From positions 1-64,000 of IMG/VR virus record IMGVR_UViG_3300030737_000007: a DNA stretch of 64,000 bases; one strand, given 5' to 3'. Position 1 is the stretch's first letter; every line of letters starts with the position of its first letter. Under the pieces are notes generated by a model that had not been told where the DNA came from, made no database searches, and worked only from the letters and a program-made list of their open reading frames with translations. This stretch comes from a virus. Positions 9,544 to 17,906 of this stretch are shown piece by piece. The translations under genes and the position numbers were made by a program.

Positions 9544-9888
9544 TTATTTGCTTGGTGTCGCCTTCGGAACTGCTACGAGACCTGCTGTTTTGTCGTCCCA
9601 CTGGTAGCCGGGGTGCTCAGCGACGATCGCGGCGACCGTAGTCTGGTACTCGGTCTGAAGTTTCTTCTGTTCAGTCTGAAGCTGCGCTAGCTGGGTCTGA
9701 AGCAGAGAGAACTTGAGCTGGATGTTCTCCAGTGTCAGCTTCTCGACATCAGTCGGCTGCAGGGCCGGAACGACCGCCAACTGCGGGGCTGGCTTAGCGG
9801 GAGGAGCAGGTTTGGTTTGCGCGAAGGCGGGCACGGTGAGTGCGGTCGCCAAGATGAGTCCGAAGATGCTGCTTGTTCTCTTCATCAT
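9544..9888 (-). CDS. Secreted coiled-coil protein
   Basis: Signal peptide ending AFA-Q, Pro-rich linker, Q/L heptads. Confidence 0.6.
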   Translation of the reverse strand: MMKRTSSIFGLILATALTVPAFAQTKPAPPAKPAPQLAVVPALQPTDVEKLTLENIQLKFSLLQTQLAQLQTEQKKLQTEYQTTVAAIVAEHPGYQWDDKTAGLVAVPKATPSK

Positions 9889-9895
9889 TGAGTTT

Positions 9896-10042
9896 TTACC
9901 CTTTTACTTTTTTGAGGTTCTTGTTCTTACGTTTTGCTGCGGGGCTTGCGTTCCGAGTTGCGTTTGCGAGGATGGCTCCTGCCGACTTTTTCGAGACACC
10001 CTCGGATTTGGAAATCTTATTTTGAACTTCTTTGAATCCCAT
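9896..10042 (-). CDS. Small basic protein (48 aa), possible DNA-binding/core protein
   Basis: Below the ORF-track cut-off; GGAGGAG RBS; MGFKEVQNKISKSEGVSKKSAGAILANATRNASPAAKRKNKNLKKVKG. Confidence 0.6.
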   Translation of the reverse strand: MGFKEVQNKISKSEGVSKKSAGAILANATRNASPAAKRKNKNLKKVKG

Positions 10043-10215
10043 ATTGCGCTCCTCCCATAAAGGGCCAGAAGAGTATACAAAACAAAGTGGTGTTGGCCCG
10101 CTTATCTGTAATGCCCTGCTCCTTGAAAGCCTTCAGGACGAAGTAAGACTTAACACATCCGGTGAAGACCCATGCGGCGACTACAGTGTCCATACTCCCT
10201 CCAGATAATGGAAAT

Positions 10216-10291
10216 TGGCTGGGGAACTTGGGGTCGAACCAAGAACCGTTCGGTTAACAGCCGAATGCACTGCCAATTGTGCTATTCCCCA
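10216..10291 (-). tRNA. tRNA-Asn(GTT)
   Basis: TGGGGAA/TTCCCCA acceptor; TTCGG-CTGTTAA-CCGAA anticodon arm; GGTTCGAC T loop; encoded CCA. Confidence 0.93.
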
Positions 10292-10529
10292 TCGCGTCCG
10301 AGCCTGCGGTGACTTACCCTTGCGGTGCGCCGCAGGCCTCAGAGTCAAATTTGATCCCTCGGACCGCTTCCCCGGAAGTGTGCAGGCTTTCCGCTGGAAG
10401 GAGGGAACCGTTTCGTATCCAAACCCTTGCACGGGTGTAAGGACATAGGAAGCTCGGCGTCTCATGAGAAGGTACTTGTGGGTTTCCCGACGTGTGCCGT
10501 GTGTGTCAATTTCGTTCAACTATGGAACT

Positions 10530-10558
10530 ATTCTATCATAGTCAGAAAAATGTGTCAA
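10530..10558 (-). promoter_or_regulatory. Sigma70-type promoter for the tRNA/ncRNA block
   Basis: TTGACA-17 nt-TAGAAT on the minus strand; a repeat-motif copy at 10562-10574 abuts the -35. Confidence 0.75.
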
Positions 10559-10575
10559 ATTTCCATTATCTGGAA

Positions 10576-11391
10576 TTAGGCACTAAGGTCTTCGGCAAGG
10601 AACTCGTTCACCAGTTTTCGCATCTCGCGCGCGATCCCTTGGTTCTTGTGGTAACGGGTGAACAGGTTGCTGTTCCGGATCGCGGGGTCTTGTCCGGGCC
10701 AAATCCGATTCATCCCTGCGGGGTTGTCAGTCGGGTTTCGGGTGAGTACGGGGTGCCAGACATGGAATACCGCGGACGGCAGAGTCTTATGCGGGGAGTA
10801 CAGCGTGTCCATCGCCAACATGGCCGCCTGGTCTTCGCCGCCCCAGCCTTTGAATCTCGGGTCCCAGCCGCCGACCGTGTAGTACGCTTCCCGGGGAAAG
10901 ATCTGAGCCATCGCTCCGTACCAGTGGCCAACGCGAGAAGCTGGAAGTCCTTGGCTGAGTCCGGTGTTGCTGAAGTCTTCAAGAGGCGGCGGACAGGACG
11001 GTAGCCTGGGGTTTGCTGGGTCTGAGGCCGTAACACTGTTAGAAGCCGCCTCGGTTAGGCGATACAACTGGCGGTACGGGACAAACCACAGCTTAGCTTG
11101 GTGTGATCGCGCCAGTCGGATTTCTTCGGCGGCGTGCAGCATAGACTCTTTGGCAAGGAAGATGTCCGCATCAAGTACCGCAAAGATATCTCCATTGGCC
11201 CGACTGGCTGCATCGTTGACTGCGGCAGACTTTGAGAACGGTACTGAACTCGGGTCGTCGCCCAATACAATCTCAGCTTCGGGCAGGGCGGCTTCCCAAT
11301 ACTTCTTGAGCCATTCCCAGTTACGGGCTCGGACACCGTTAGGATCGTCGAGGCGAAGCGGGACTAAAATGCTGATGCCCTCACCGGCCAT
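10576..11391 (-). CDS. GT-A fold glycosyltransferase (GT2/GT7C-like)
   Basis: ISILVP start, FSKSAAVN, LDAD and GGWDPRFKGWGGED motifs. Confidence 0.88.
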   Translation of the reverse strand: MAGEGISILVPLRLDDPNGVRARNWEWLKKYWEAALPEAEIVLGDDPSSVPFSKSAAVNDAASRANGDIFAVLDADIFLAKESMLHAAEEIRLARSHQAKLWFVPYRQLYRLTEAASNSVTASDPANPRLPSCPPPLEDFSNTGLSQGLPASRVGHWYGAMAQIFPREAYYTVGGWDPRFKGWGGEDQAAMLAMDTLYSPHKTLPSAVFHVWHPVLTRNPTDNPAGMNRIWPGQDPAIRNSNLFTRYHKNQGIAREMRKLVNEFLAEDLSA

Positions 11392-12124
11392 ATAAACTAC
11401 TCAATTCCCGGTAGGCGTCAAAAACTTCGAAGCGGCGTTCATTTACCCAGTTGCGGGATGGCTCTTGCATCTTACCCAGTTCAAGTGGGAGGTGAATCGA
11501 GGCCGCGTAGTCGTGGTACTTGAACAACCCACCCTCAACTTCCAGGGCGTCGCAGGGTTCGAGTTGCCGCGGAATGCCGCCAATCGCATCTGCGGAAATA
11601 ATCCCGTGGAGGGAGGAGGTAACCAGCGCGCGGCAAGAGGCGATATCGCGCAGGACGGACAACGGTTCGGCGCGGGGGCTGATCACCTTGCACGAGACCT
11701 TGTCAGTCTGGAATTTCTCGACCAGGAACTTATCCTTCCAATGCGGGAGGATGCCCAGGTCATACTTCTTTTCTTGCGGCTCGATCAGCTCATTGGCCAG
11801 CAGGCCGGGGTCGCCGAGAGCGAAGGTACCGGTGAATCGAGAGGCGGTCAGCGGGCCGCGGAGAGCTAAAATCTTGGCGGCGGACGGGTCGAACTTGAGT
11901 GGGTAGGATTCGCGGAGGATGCCGGAACCAACCACGTATCCGGACCAACCGGCGGGCAGGTATTCTAAAAGGGACCCGACTGATACGACTTCGGATTCTC
12001 CGTTCGGGGCGTGCTGACAATCCAGGTAGGCGAAACGCTTGAGGAGCAGAGGAGCGAGCCGGTCACCGAAGTTCGGGATGCCCGTCCACCAATGCGCCTT
12101 CACGGGCCGAACTTCCGATGTCAT
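11381..12124 (-). CDS. Polysaccharide pyruvyltransferase family protein
   Basis: NFGD, VGS, RGPLT, GDPGLL and TSSLHGII motifs; start reassigned to MTSEV (ATG 12124). Confidence 0.85.
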   Translation of the reverse strand: MTSEVRPVKAHWWTGIPNFGDRLAPLLLKRFAYLDCQHAPNGESEVVSVGSLLEYLPAGWSGYVVGSGILRESYPLKFDPSAAKILALRGPLTASRFTGTFALGDPGLLANELIEPQEKKYDLGILPHWKDKFLVEKFQTDKVSCKVISPRAEPLSVLRDIASCRALVTSSLHGIISADAIGGIPRQLEPCDALEVEGGLFKYHDYAASIHLPLELGKMQEPSRNWVNERRFEVFDAYRELSSLYGR

Positions 12125-12281
12125 CCCGCCCCACCCCCTTGACCCGATTAGCTTACGGCGGCGTTTACCGCTCTGTTTATGATGAGTTGCATCGCCGGAA
12201 ACTGGCGTATAGAAAAGTATTCGGGCGGGGCTAAGAAGCGTTTCGTGCCGTCGGCGAGGAGGAGGCGTTCCATTATCTGGA

Positions 12282-12656
12282 CTAGTTGATCGCGATGGTG
12301 TTAGGCGCGCCGCCTTGGAGAGTCCCAGTGCCGCTTGTCCAGGTAATTTCACCCCAGGGTTGAGCAGGAGGAAACCAAGGAGGAGTACTGGGGTAGTAGT
12401 AGGGATATTTGTCGATCCAAGGTACGCCGCGCCCACAATGAGGACAACGACCGCAGTGCGGGCAATCAGCGCTCTGATGTCCTTGGTATGGGGCACCAGA
12501 CTGCGTTTGTGCGACAGAGGCGGTACCTTGGCTGAGGTTACTAGCCGCCTGCTGCTTGGCAGCGTACTGTTCGAGCGTGTCTTTCGAAATAGCTTTACCC
12601 ACCGGCTCGTCGGTTGAGTGCATGTACTTTGAATATCCGTCGGGCGGGTACGCCAT
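12282..12656 (-). CDS. Hypothetical protein
   Basis: 124 aa, AGGAG RBS, CPHCGRCPHCG. Confidence 0.6.
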   Translation of the reverse strand: MAYPPDGYSKYMHSTDEPVGKAISKDTLEQYAAKQQAASNLSQGTASVAQTQSGAPYQGHQSADCPHCGRCPHCGRGVPWIDKYPYYYPSTPPWFPPAQPWGEITWTSGTGTLQGGAPNTIAIN

Positions 12657-12676
12657 TTTAGATTGCTCCTAAAATT

Positions 12677-13372
12677 TTACTGCGGGGATGCTTCGCGCTG
12701 GCGGCGGTTCTTTTGGGCTTCGCTTAGCTTGGCACGGTGTTCGGGCGACAGTTGACGACCTAACTTAGCTTGCCTCATTTTCTCAAGAGTCTCGGGAGAG
12801 AATTCTCGACCGAGCATCCGTTGCCTAATCTTTTCGCACGTTTCTTCGGAGTGCGGGCCTAGCTTTACGCCGCGCGTCCGAGCGCCTATTTTCTCTTTCG
12901 TTTCCTCGGTGTGCGTTCTTCCGAAGAAAGGATTCTTTTCTCCGACCAGCAACCCCGTCAGCGTTTCACTAATCTTCTGCCTTGTTTCGGGAGCAACTGC
13001 TCGACCGTAAGAAGGACTATCTGCTCCCTTGCGAGGATTCAGCCGATTGGGGTTCAAGTCACCGTAGGAGAAGCCTTCTCCGCCGTGGGTGCTGTTGTAT
13101 CCAAACTTGCGATCAGAGGATCGTAATTCTTTGATCCATTTCCGTTCCGCGTCGTCCAAATCATCTACGTTGTCTACTACTTCAAGGGTAGACAGAACGA
13201 AAGCTCCGGGGCCGTACTTGCGAATAGCGTGGCTAAAGTAGATGTTTTTGCCTTCTTCGGCCAGCTTGACGTGGGAACGCCAGCGGACGTGAGGCTCTTG
13301 AACGGTCTTTCCTACGTAGACTTTTCCGTTCACAGTGTTCGTAATGCAATAGATTACTGCCATTTTTCTCAC
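12677..13372 (-). CDS. Free-standing GIY-YIG homing endonuclease with NUMOD3-like repeats
   Basis: VIYCITNTVNGKVYVGKT, RWRSH, GYN; repeated HTEETKEKI/HSEETCEKI motifs. Confidence 0.92.
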   Translation of the reverse strand: MRKMAVIYCITNTVNGKVYVGKTVQEPHVRWRSHVKLAEEGKNIYFSHAIRKYGPGAFVLSTLEVVDNVDDLDDAERKWIKELRSSDRKFGYNSTHGGEGFSYGDLNPNRLNPRKGADSPSYGRAVAPETRQKISETLTGLLVGEKNPFFGRTHTEETKEKIGARTRGVKLGPHSEETCEKIRQRMLGREFSPETLEKMRQAKLGRQLSPEHRAKLSEAQKNRRQREASPQ

Positions 13373-13510
13373 CTTCCCGTGAGTTTTGGTTGAGGAGGCC
13401 GTGGGGAAGCACAGCCCCCTCTTCCAAACTTTTGTAAATCTAATCCCTATAGTTATTAGACGTTCAAATCAACGAAAAATCACAACAGGTTTTAGATTTA
13501 TTTCACAACA

Positions 13511-16399
13511 CTAGCTGGAGGAAGTCTGAGACTGCAACCGGCGTAGCGTCATGGTAGAACCAGGCGAATCTGTTACCTTTTCCATTATGTGGAAACGGGC
13601 AAGTCGTTTCTGTTCCGCTTGCCTCATACGGTTGTTATTCCCGTATGTCCAGACTATTGCATACCTTTGCGGGTCTTCTTCGCTTAGTCGTTCACGGTCC
13701 CGTGTGTAGGGTTCCGCCTCGTTGGCATCACAGCGTCCGAGTCAATCAGAAGAAGTTTTACCTGCGCCGATGATTTAACGCAGGGTGTTGGTATACCTTC
13801 ACGGCTGTTATCTGCTGTATTACCAGCAAGATGAGTCATTTCTGCTCACCTCTTATGGTTCCAATTCCCATAAGGTCGGACTATCGCATCACCCCGAGGG
13901 GTGTTCTATCGCTTAGTCTCTCACGGCCCCTTTCGGGTTCCGCCCTGTCAGCCATCTCAGCTTCCAAGTCAATCAGATAGAATTTTCTAACTACGGCTCT
14001 CACCGTAGCGACGCAAGTATGTCTACGTTGTAGCTGACCCACGAACTAAGCTACGTTTACCAACACAGTCGGAGGCTGGGTCTGCACACCACCGATTTGA
14101 CGCGCAGGATCCGAAACCGAACCCTGTTCTGGAGCAGACTGGATGAAGAGCTTCACGTTTGTTACTCACCGTTGCCGATGGGGCGGGTCATTTCTGCTCG
14201 CCTCTGTACGTCACCGCACAGGTCGGACTATGTCATCACCCTCTTGCGAGGGGCAAGGTATATAGTCTCTACACGTTCCCGGATGTTCTCGGGCTTCGCT
14301 CGGCGTTTTCTCCAAAGGAGACGTTCACCGAATTAGCCTTGTGTTCGAAAGCAATTACTCGCTTAAGCTACCATTTTCAAATAGTTCTTCGATCCGTCTT
14401 CAGGATTCTTGCCGAGGAACACGGAGAAAATCGCGTCATCGCCAAAAATGTAAGTGTTGTAGAATGTGTTACCTGAGATGGTAACAGTAGGTGCCGTGGT
14501 CGTCTGCTTGAACTTAACCCCGCCGAACTTGATGACATCTTCGTTCTTCGGGAGCTCGAACAGCATAGCGCGCATGGAATCGTCACGCTTGATAATGTCG
14601 GTCAGACCATTAAAGCTCGTGTCGTTCAATACGTCGCGCACGACGTTGGGGTGGATGATTCCGCCGAACGAGTTGTCCATGAGAGGACGAGCGTTGACGG
14701 ATGCCAGCGACTGGGCCGCAGAGCGAATGTTGTTCGCAGTGAGGTAGGAGCCGTTGGCGAGCTGGATGTTCACCAGGGAATCGACCGCAACAGCCGAGTC
14801 AGCGGTAAGCTGGACAAGGGAGTTGAGGGTGAGGGCCAGGCGATAGTTCAGTTCGTTTGCAAGGTTCTGCAACAGACCTGGGTCATCGATGGCCACGTCG
14901 AGTGCCAAGTCCGAGGAATTGATAAAATCAGCGTACTGGCCGATTGTAGCAACGATCTTCGAGCTGGACTCGCTGATGGGGGAGCCCACGGTCCCTTCCG
15001 CCGCCTGGTTCAAATTGGCTGCGAGGAGAGCGTAGGTGTAGACAGTTGTGTTTTGGAGATGCCCTTTCGGGTCACCGGGCTTTCGCCCCTCTTATGTCAC
15101 CATAAGGTCGCTCTGTACGTCGCCGCACAGCTCGGACTCTATCTTCATTTCCAGATAATGGAAATGTCCGGCGTATTAGCCTCTACGGGTTCTGGTTGCC
15201 CAGTCTTCCCTCGGTATTGTCTCAAAGAGAGTTCCACCGATATAGCCGGATTTTACTTCAGCACATTAATACTGAATCTGGTTTCCCTGCCGAAGAGGCA
15301 GAGGGCGCTGCTTGGTCATGCTCAAAAAGGGCGTTTGGGCCTTGAGATTGGGCACGGCCTCGCGTTCATCATTGTGTTTAGGCCGCCAGCATCTCTGATG
15401 GGGCGCTCTGCATATCGCTATGCAGTTCAGACTGTATCTTCAGTTTCTTCAAAGCAATTAGGCGAAGATAAAGTTCTTCCCGTTTGGGCGGGCAATGAAC
15501 CTTGTGGCCTAATCCAACGTATTCCATTCCAGCTAGGGCCTCGTCTCTCTTGACTACGAGATACGGAAGCGTGTGGAGGAGAAACTGCTCAATGTGGAGT
15601 TTGTTGAACAAAGACCACTGGAAACAATTCCTTTTTCCTTTACTTCGAACGTCGCCGCCGTACAGTTTCTTGCAAGAATCAAGCACGGTCTTGTCGTTGT
15701 TCGAGATGGTCACGATCAGATGGTAGCAGATAACACCCCGAGAGAGGGTTTTGTTCACTCGGATGCAACCTTCGCCATCAAAGAAACCAGCCATGTAGGA
15801 GGGTTCTGCTTTGAGGTAACTGCTGTTCGTCTCAGTCGTTACGGACCCGTGTTGCTTCATTTCCTTGAGTTTTTGGAGGTATCCATGTTTCTGGTCCTCG
15901 GACAGATTTTCTCTGTTCTCAATAAACTCAATCAGAACGTCAGCTTGTTCCCTTTTGTATCTCAAGTAGGGCAGAATAGCTTTAAGGAAAGCAACGGTAG
16001 AAGGGAAGGATTGCAGGTACCAAATGTACCAATCCTCGCCTGCCTTGTTGTTTACATTGCGGGTAAAGCTGCCCCCGAAATGTAGCACAGACCACTGCAT
16101 CAAAGCTCTTGATTTATTGCTCAAGTATACTTTGGGTTCGAAGTAGGTCTTGCTTCCTCGTTTGTGGGTGGCGATCCGGATGCAACCTTCTGCATCGAAA
16201 ATCCCAGCCATGTAGCTTTTGGTTTTCTCTTTCACGGTTTCCTCGGTATTGTCTATATCCTTATGCTACCACACCTAGTAGTAAAAGTCAACAGAGTTTC
16301 ACCGATTTAGAACAGTTTTACTTCACCAAGAATTTAGTGAATGGCCACCAAGTTCGGTAGCGCGCCAGATGTAACGATTGATGCAGGAGAGTAACTCAT
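13511..16399 (-). CDS. Major capsid protein (N4-gp56-like), 7 exons, 327 aa after splicing
   Basis: Exons 16399-16336, 15369-15271, 15042-14381, 14153-14088, 14041-14025, 13799-13778 and 13564-13511 total 984 nt and give one open frame: MSYSPASIVTSGALPNLVAIHYEREAVPNLKAQTPF...IQFYTYALLAAN...GSKNYKLFIQSAPEQGSVSDPARQIGGWVSYNVRYTNTLRPGSTMTLRRLQSQTSSS*. Follows portal and scaffold. Confidence 0.88.
13565..13777 (-). mobile_element. Group I intron (capsid intron 6), 213 nt, ORF-less
   Basis: Exon CCTGCGT pairs with IGS GCGCAGG (U.G at the splice site); P3 CTTCTT/AAGAAG; P7 GACTA/TAGTC; terminal G. Confidence 0.9.
13800..14024 (-). mobile_element. Group I intron (capsid intron 5), 225 nt, ORF-less
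   Basis: P1 CAACGT/GCGTCG; P10 ATACTT/AGGTAT; P3 TTCTATC/GATAGAA; P7 GACTA/TAGTC; terminal G. Confidence 0.9.
14042..14087 (-). mobile_element. 46-nt coreless group I-like mini-intron (capsid intron 4)
   Basis: Removal restores ...QIGG|WVSYN...; follows U and ends in G; IGS GCCTCCGA pairs with exon TCGGTGGT; GACCCA pairs with 3' exon TGGGTC; contains an in-frame TAG. Confidence 0.75.
14154..14380 (-). mobile_element. Group I intron (capsid intron 3), 227 nt, ORF-less
   Basis: 5' site after AACTAT; P3 CAAGG/CCTTG; AATTCGGTGAA and AACGCCGAG (P4); GTAGAGACTA and GACATAGTCC (P7); terminal G. Confidence 0.9.
15043..15270 (-). mobile_element. Group I intron (capsid intron 2), 228 nt, ORF-less
   Basis: P1 TTCAGT/GCTGAA; P3 TCCGGC/GCCGGA; TATCGGTGGA and AATACCGAG; AAGATAGAGTCC; terminal G. 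Confidence 0.9.
15378..16235 (-). CDS. Double-motif LAGLIDADG homing endonuclease (intron-encoded)
   Basis: SYMAGIFDAEGCI and SYMAGFFDGEGCI motifs, each followed by LPYL..K. Confidence 0.93.
   Translation of the reverse strand: MKEKTKSYMAGIFDAEGCIRIATHKRGSKTYFEPKVYLSNKSRALMQWSVLHFGGSFTRNVNNKAGEDWYIWYLQSFPSTVAFLKAILPYLRYKREQADVLIEFIENRENLSEDQKHGYLQKLKEMKQHGSVTTETNSSYLKAEPSYMAGFFDGEGCIRVNKTLSRGVICYHLIVTISNNDKTVLDSCKKLYGGDVRSKGKRNCFQWSLFNKLHIEQFLLHTLPYLVVKRDEALAGMEYVGLGHKVHCPPKREELYLRLIALKKLKIQSELHSDMQSAPSEMLAA
16263..16291 (-). promoter_or_regulatory. Promoter inside intron 1, upstream of the endonuclease
   Basis: TTGACT-17 nt-TAGCAT with TG extension, about 30 nt before the GTG start. Confidence 0.6.
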
Positions 16400-16420
16400 G
16401 TTGGGTTGTCTTTCGTGGTA

Positions 16421-17530
16421 TTACTGTGAGCGCCGATTCAGGGCCCGGATCCGACGGGTGCCCGCCAACAAGTTGGCGATTTCCGTATCGGACAGGGATT
16501 CTAAATCCTCGACTGAGGGCGGCCTTGGGGCTTCCGGAGGCGGGACGGGTGATACGTCACTTCTCTGGATGCCTAGACCCGCTCTCGGGCGCGTCTCCGT
16601 TCGAACAATCCGTTCATCGGGGCGCGGCGCAGGTGCCGGTTCGTTGGGTTGAACCGCTACCGGCGGAGTTGGTTTGGGGGCCTTCGGGGCCTTGGCGAGT
16701 AAGTCATCGCTCGCTAGGTCCTGGAAGGCTTCCTCAAGATTTTCGACTGTCCAGACGCCGCCGGTGTAAAGTTCACCGATGTCTGCGCCCGGTTTGCCGA
16801 GTTTGTATTTTGCCAGCCACTGGATCAGCAGGGTCTCGTTCTTGCCTACTGGGTAGTAGGTGTCTGCGTTGCGGGCCAGGAATTCTTTTGCGACGGCTTC
16901 GGTTCCGAGATTCGCGTCCGCGTTCGCGCCTTTTTGGGCAAGCTGGACTAGTGTGGCCATCGAAACGCCGTACTGCTTTTGGAACAAAGTGTCGAACGCG
17001 AGGCCGGGGTCCGACTCCAACTGGGCCTTGATCTCGAAGATCTCGTCCGCAGTCAGGTTGCGAACCTGGGGCATGGCCGCCGCAGGGGCCGGGGCCGTCT
17101 TGGGTACTCCGCCCAACTTGACCTGCCGGTTGAGTTCGCGGATCTTCTGGGTCGCCTTCAGCTTGGCCGAGAGGACGTTGGTCATGAGCTCGTTCTTGTT
17201 CTTGCCCTTGAATACCTCGGCGTTCGCGCCGTTGCCCGGGTCGAGGGACGCCTTCCACCAGCCTTTGTCTTTCTCCAGCGTGATGGTAGCCCCGTCGCCG
17301 ATATCGATTACTTCGGGTCCTTCGGGTTCTAGCTCTACGATCGGCTCGGTGGGCTGGCGGATTACGCCGCCTTCCGCGATGACGACTTCCGGGTTGAGAC
17401 TCGGGTGGGCGTCGAGGTGCATCGGCTCGTCCGGGTCGATCATGTCTTCAGGACGGGTTGCAAAATCTACGAGGGGCGCGCCGAAGTTATCGGCTTCGAG
17501 CCAAGGGTCTACAACTGGGGTATTGGGCAT
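16421..17530 (-). CDS. Capsid scaffolding-like protein
   Basis: 369 aa, acidic/Pro-rich and helical, directly upstream of the capsid gene; AAAGGA RBS. Confidence 0.65.
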   Translation of the reverse strand: MPNTPVVDPWLEADNFGAPLVDFATRPEDMIDPDEPMHLDAHPSLNPEVVIAEGGVIRQPTEPIVELEPEGPEVIDIGDGATITLEKDKGWWKASLDPGNGANAEVFKGKNKNELMTNVLSAKLKATQKIRELNRQVKLGGVPKTAPAPAAAMPQVRNLTADEIFEIKAQLESDPGLAFDTLFQKQYGVSMATLVQLAQKGANADANLGTEAVAKEFLARNADTYYPVGKNETLLIQWLAKYKLGKPGADIGELYTGGVWTVENLEEAFQDLASDDLLAKAPKAPKPTPPVAVQPNEPAPAPRPDERIVRTETRPRAGLGIQRSDVSPVPPPEAPRPPSVEDLESLSDTEIANLLAGTRRIRALNRRSQ

Positions 17531-17614
17531 GTACGGTGTCCTTTGCTGAAATCCTCAGCTACGGGTGATTTGTGTTGCGATTTTGAGAACGATCATTGCG
17601 GTTTTGAGAACAGA

Positions 17615-17658
17615 TTCTCAATTTGAGAATTCCATTATCTGGAAATCTGTGGTACAAT
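17615..17658 (+). promoter_or_regulatory. Composite promoter: palindrome B + motif A + extended -10
   Basis: TTCTCAATTTGAGAA, then TTCCATTATCTGGAA, then TGTGGTACAAT; TTCCAT is 17 nt from TACAAT. Confidence 0.65.
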
Positions 17659-17675
17659 TAAAGCTCGGAGGAAAC

Positions 17676-17906
17676 ATGAAACTTCAACGAGTAGAACCGG
17701 CAGTTGTCAGCGAGTATGTAAAACTGTCTTCGGTAAACTTTGGGCTATTTGCAGAGGATCGTGCGGGCGAAATTTACGCCTACGTGGGTACCTGCTGGAC
17801 CAATTCGCAAGGCATTCCGATGAATAGCTTCGACCATTGGGTTCGAGTACTTCCAGAAGGAACTCAATTTATAATTACTTCCCAGAAAATCGGCGGAGGA
17901 TGCTAG
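17676..17906 (+). CDS. Hypothetical protein, antisense island in the late operon
   Basis: GGAGG RBS, own promoter, 76 aa, AT-richer than its flanks. Confidence 0.6.
   Translation: MKLQRVEPAVVSEYVKLSSVNFGLFAEDRAGEIYAYVGTCWTNSQGIPMNSFDHWVRVLPEGTQFIITSQKIGGGC

Larger units (their letters stand above)
15370..16335 (-). mobile_element. Group I intron (capsid intron 1), 966 nt, encoding a LAGLIDADG endonuclease
   Basis: P1 TTCACT/GGTGAA; P3 CTGTTC/GAACAG; AAATCGGTGAA and AATACCGAG; P7 GACTG/CAGTC in AAGATACAGTC; terminal G. Confidence 0.9.

Noticed and set aside
11381-12496. 371-aa version of the pyruvyltransferase
   Set aside because: The first 124 codons overlap another gene and lack family motifs; start moved to 12124.
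14042-14087. Group II intron remnant or T4 gene 60-style ribosomal bypass
   Set aside because: Starts GTGCA but ends in G, not AY, with no domain V. No matched take-off/landing codons around the TAG. P1/P10 pairing explains both ends.
13800-14087. One longer intron from 14087 to 13800, skipping exon 5
   Set aside because: Joining exon 4 to exon 6 drops 17 nt, shifts the frame and loses WVSYN.
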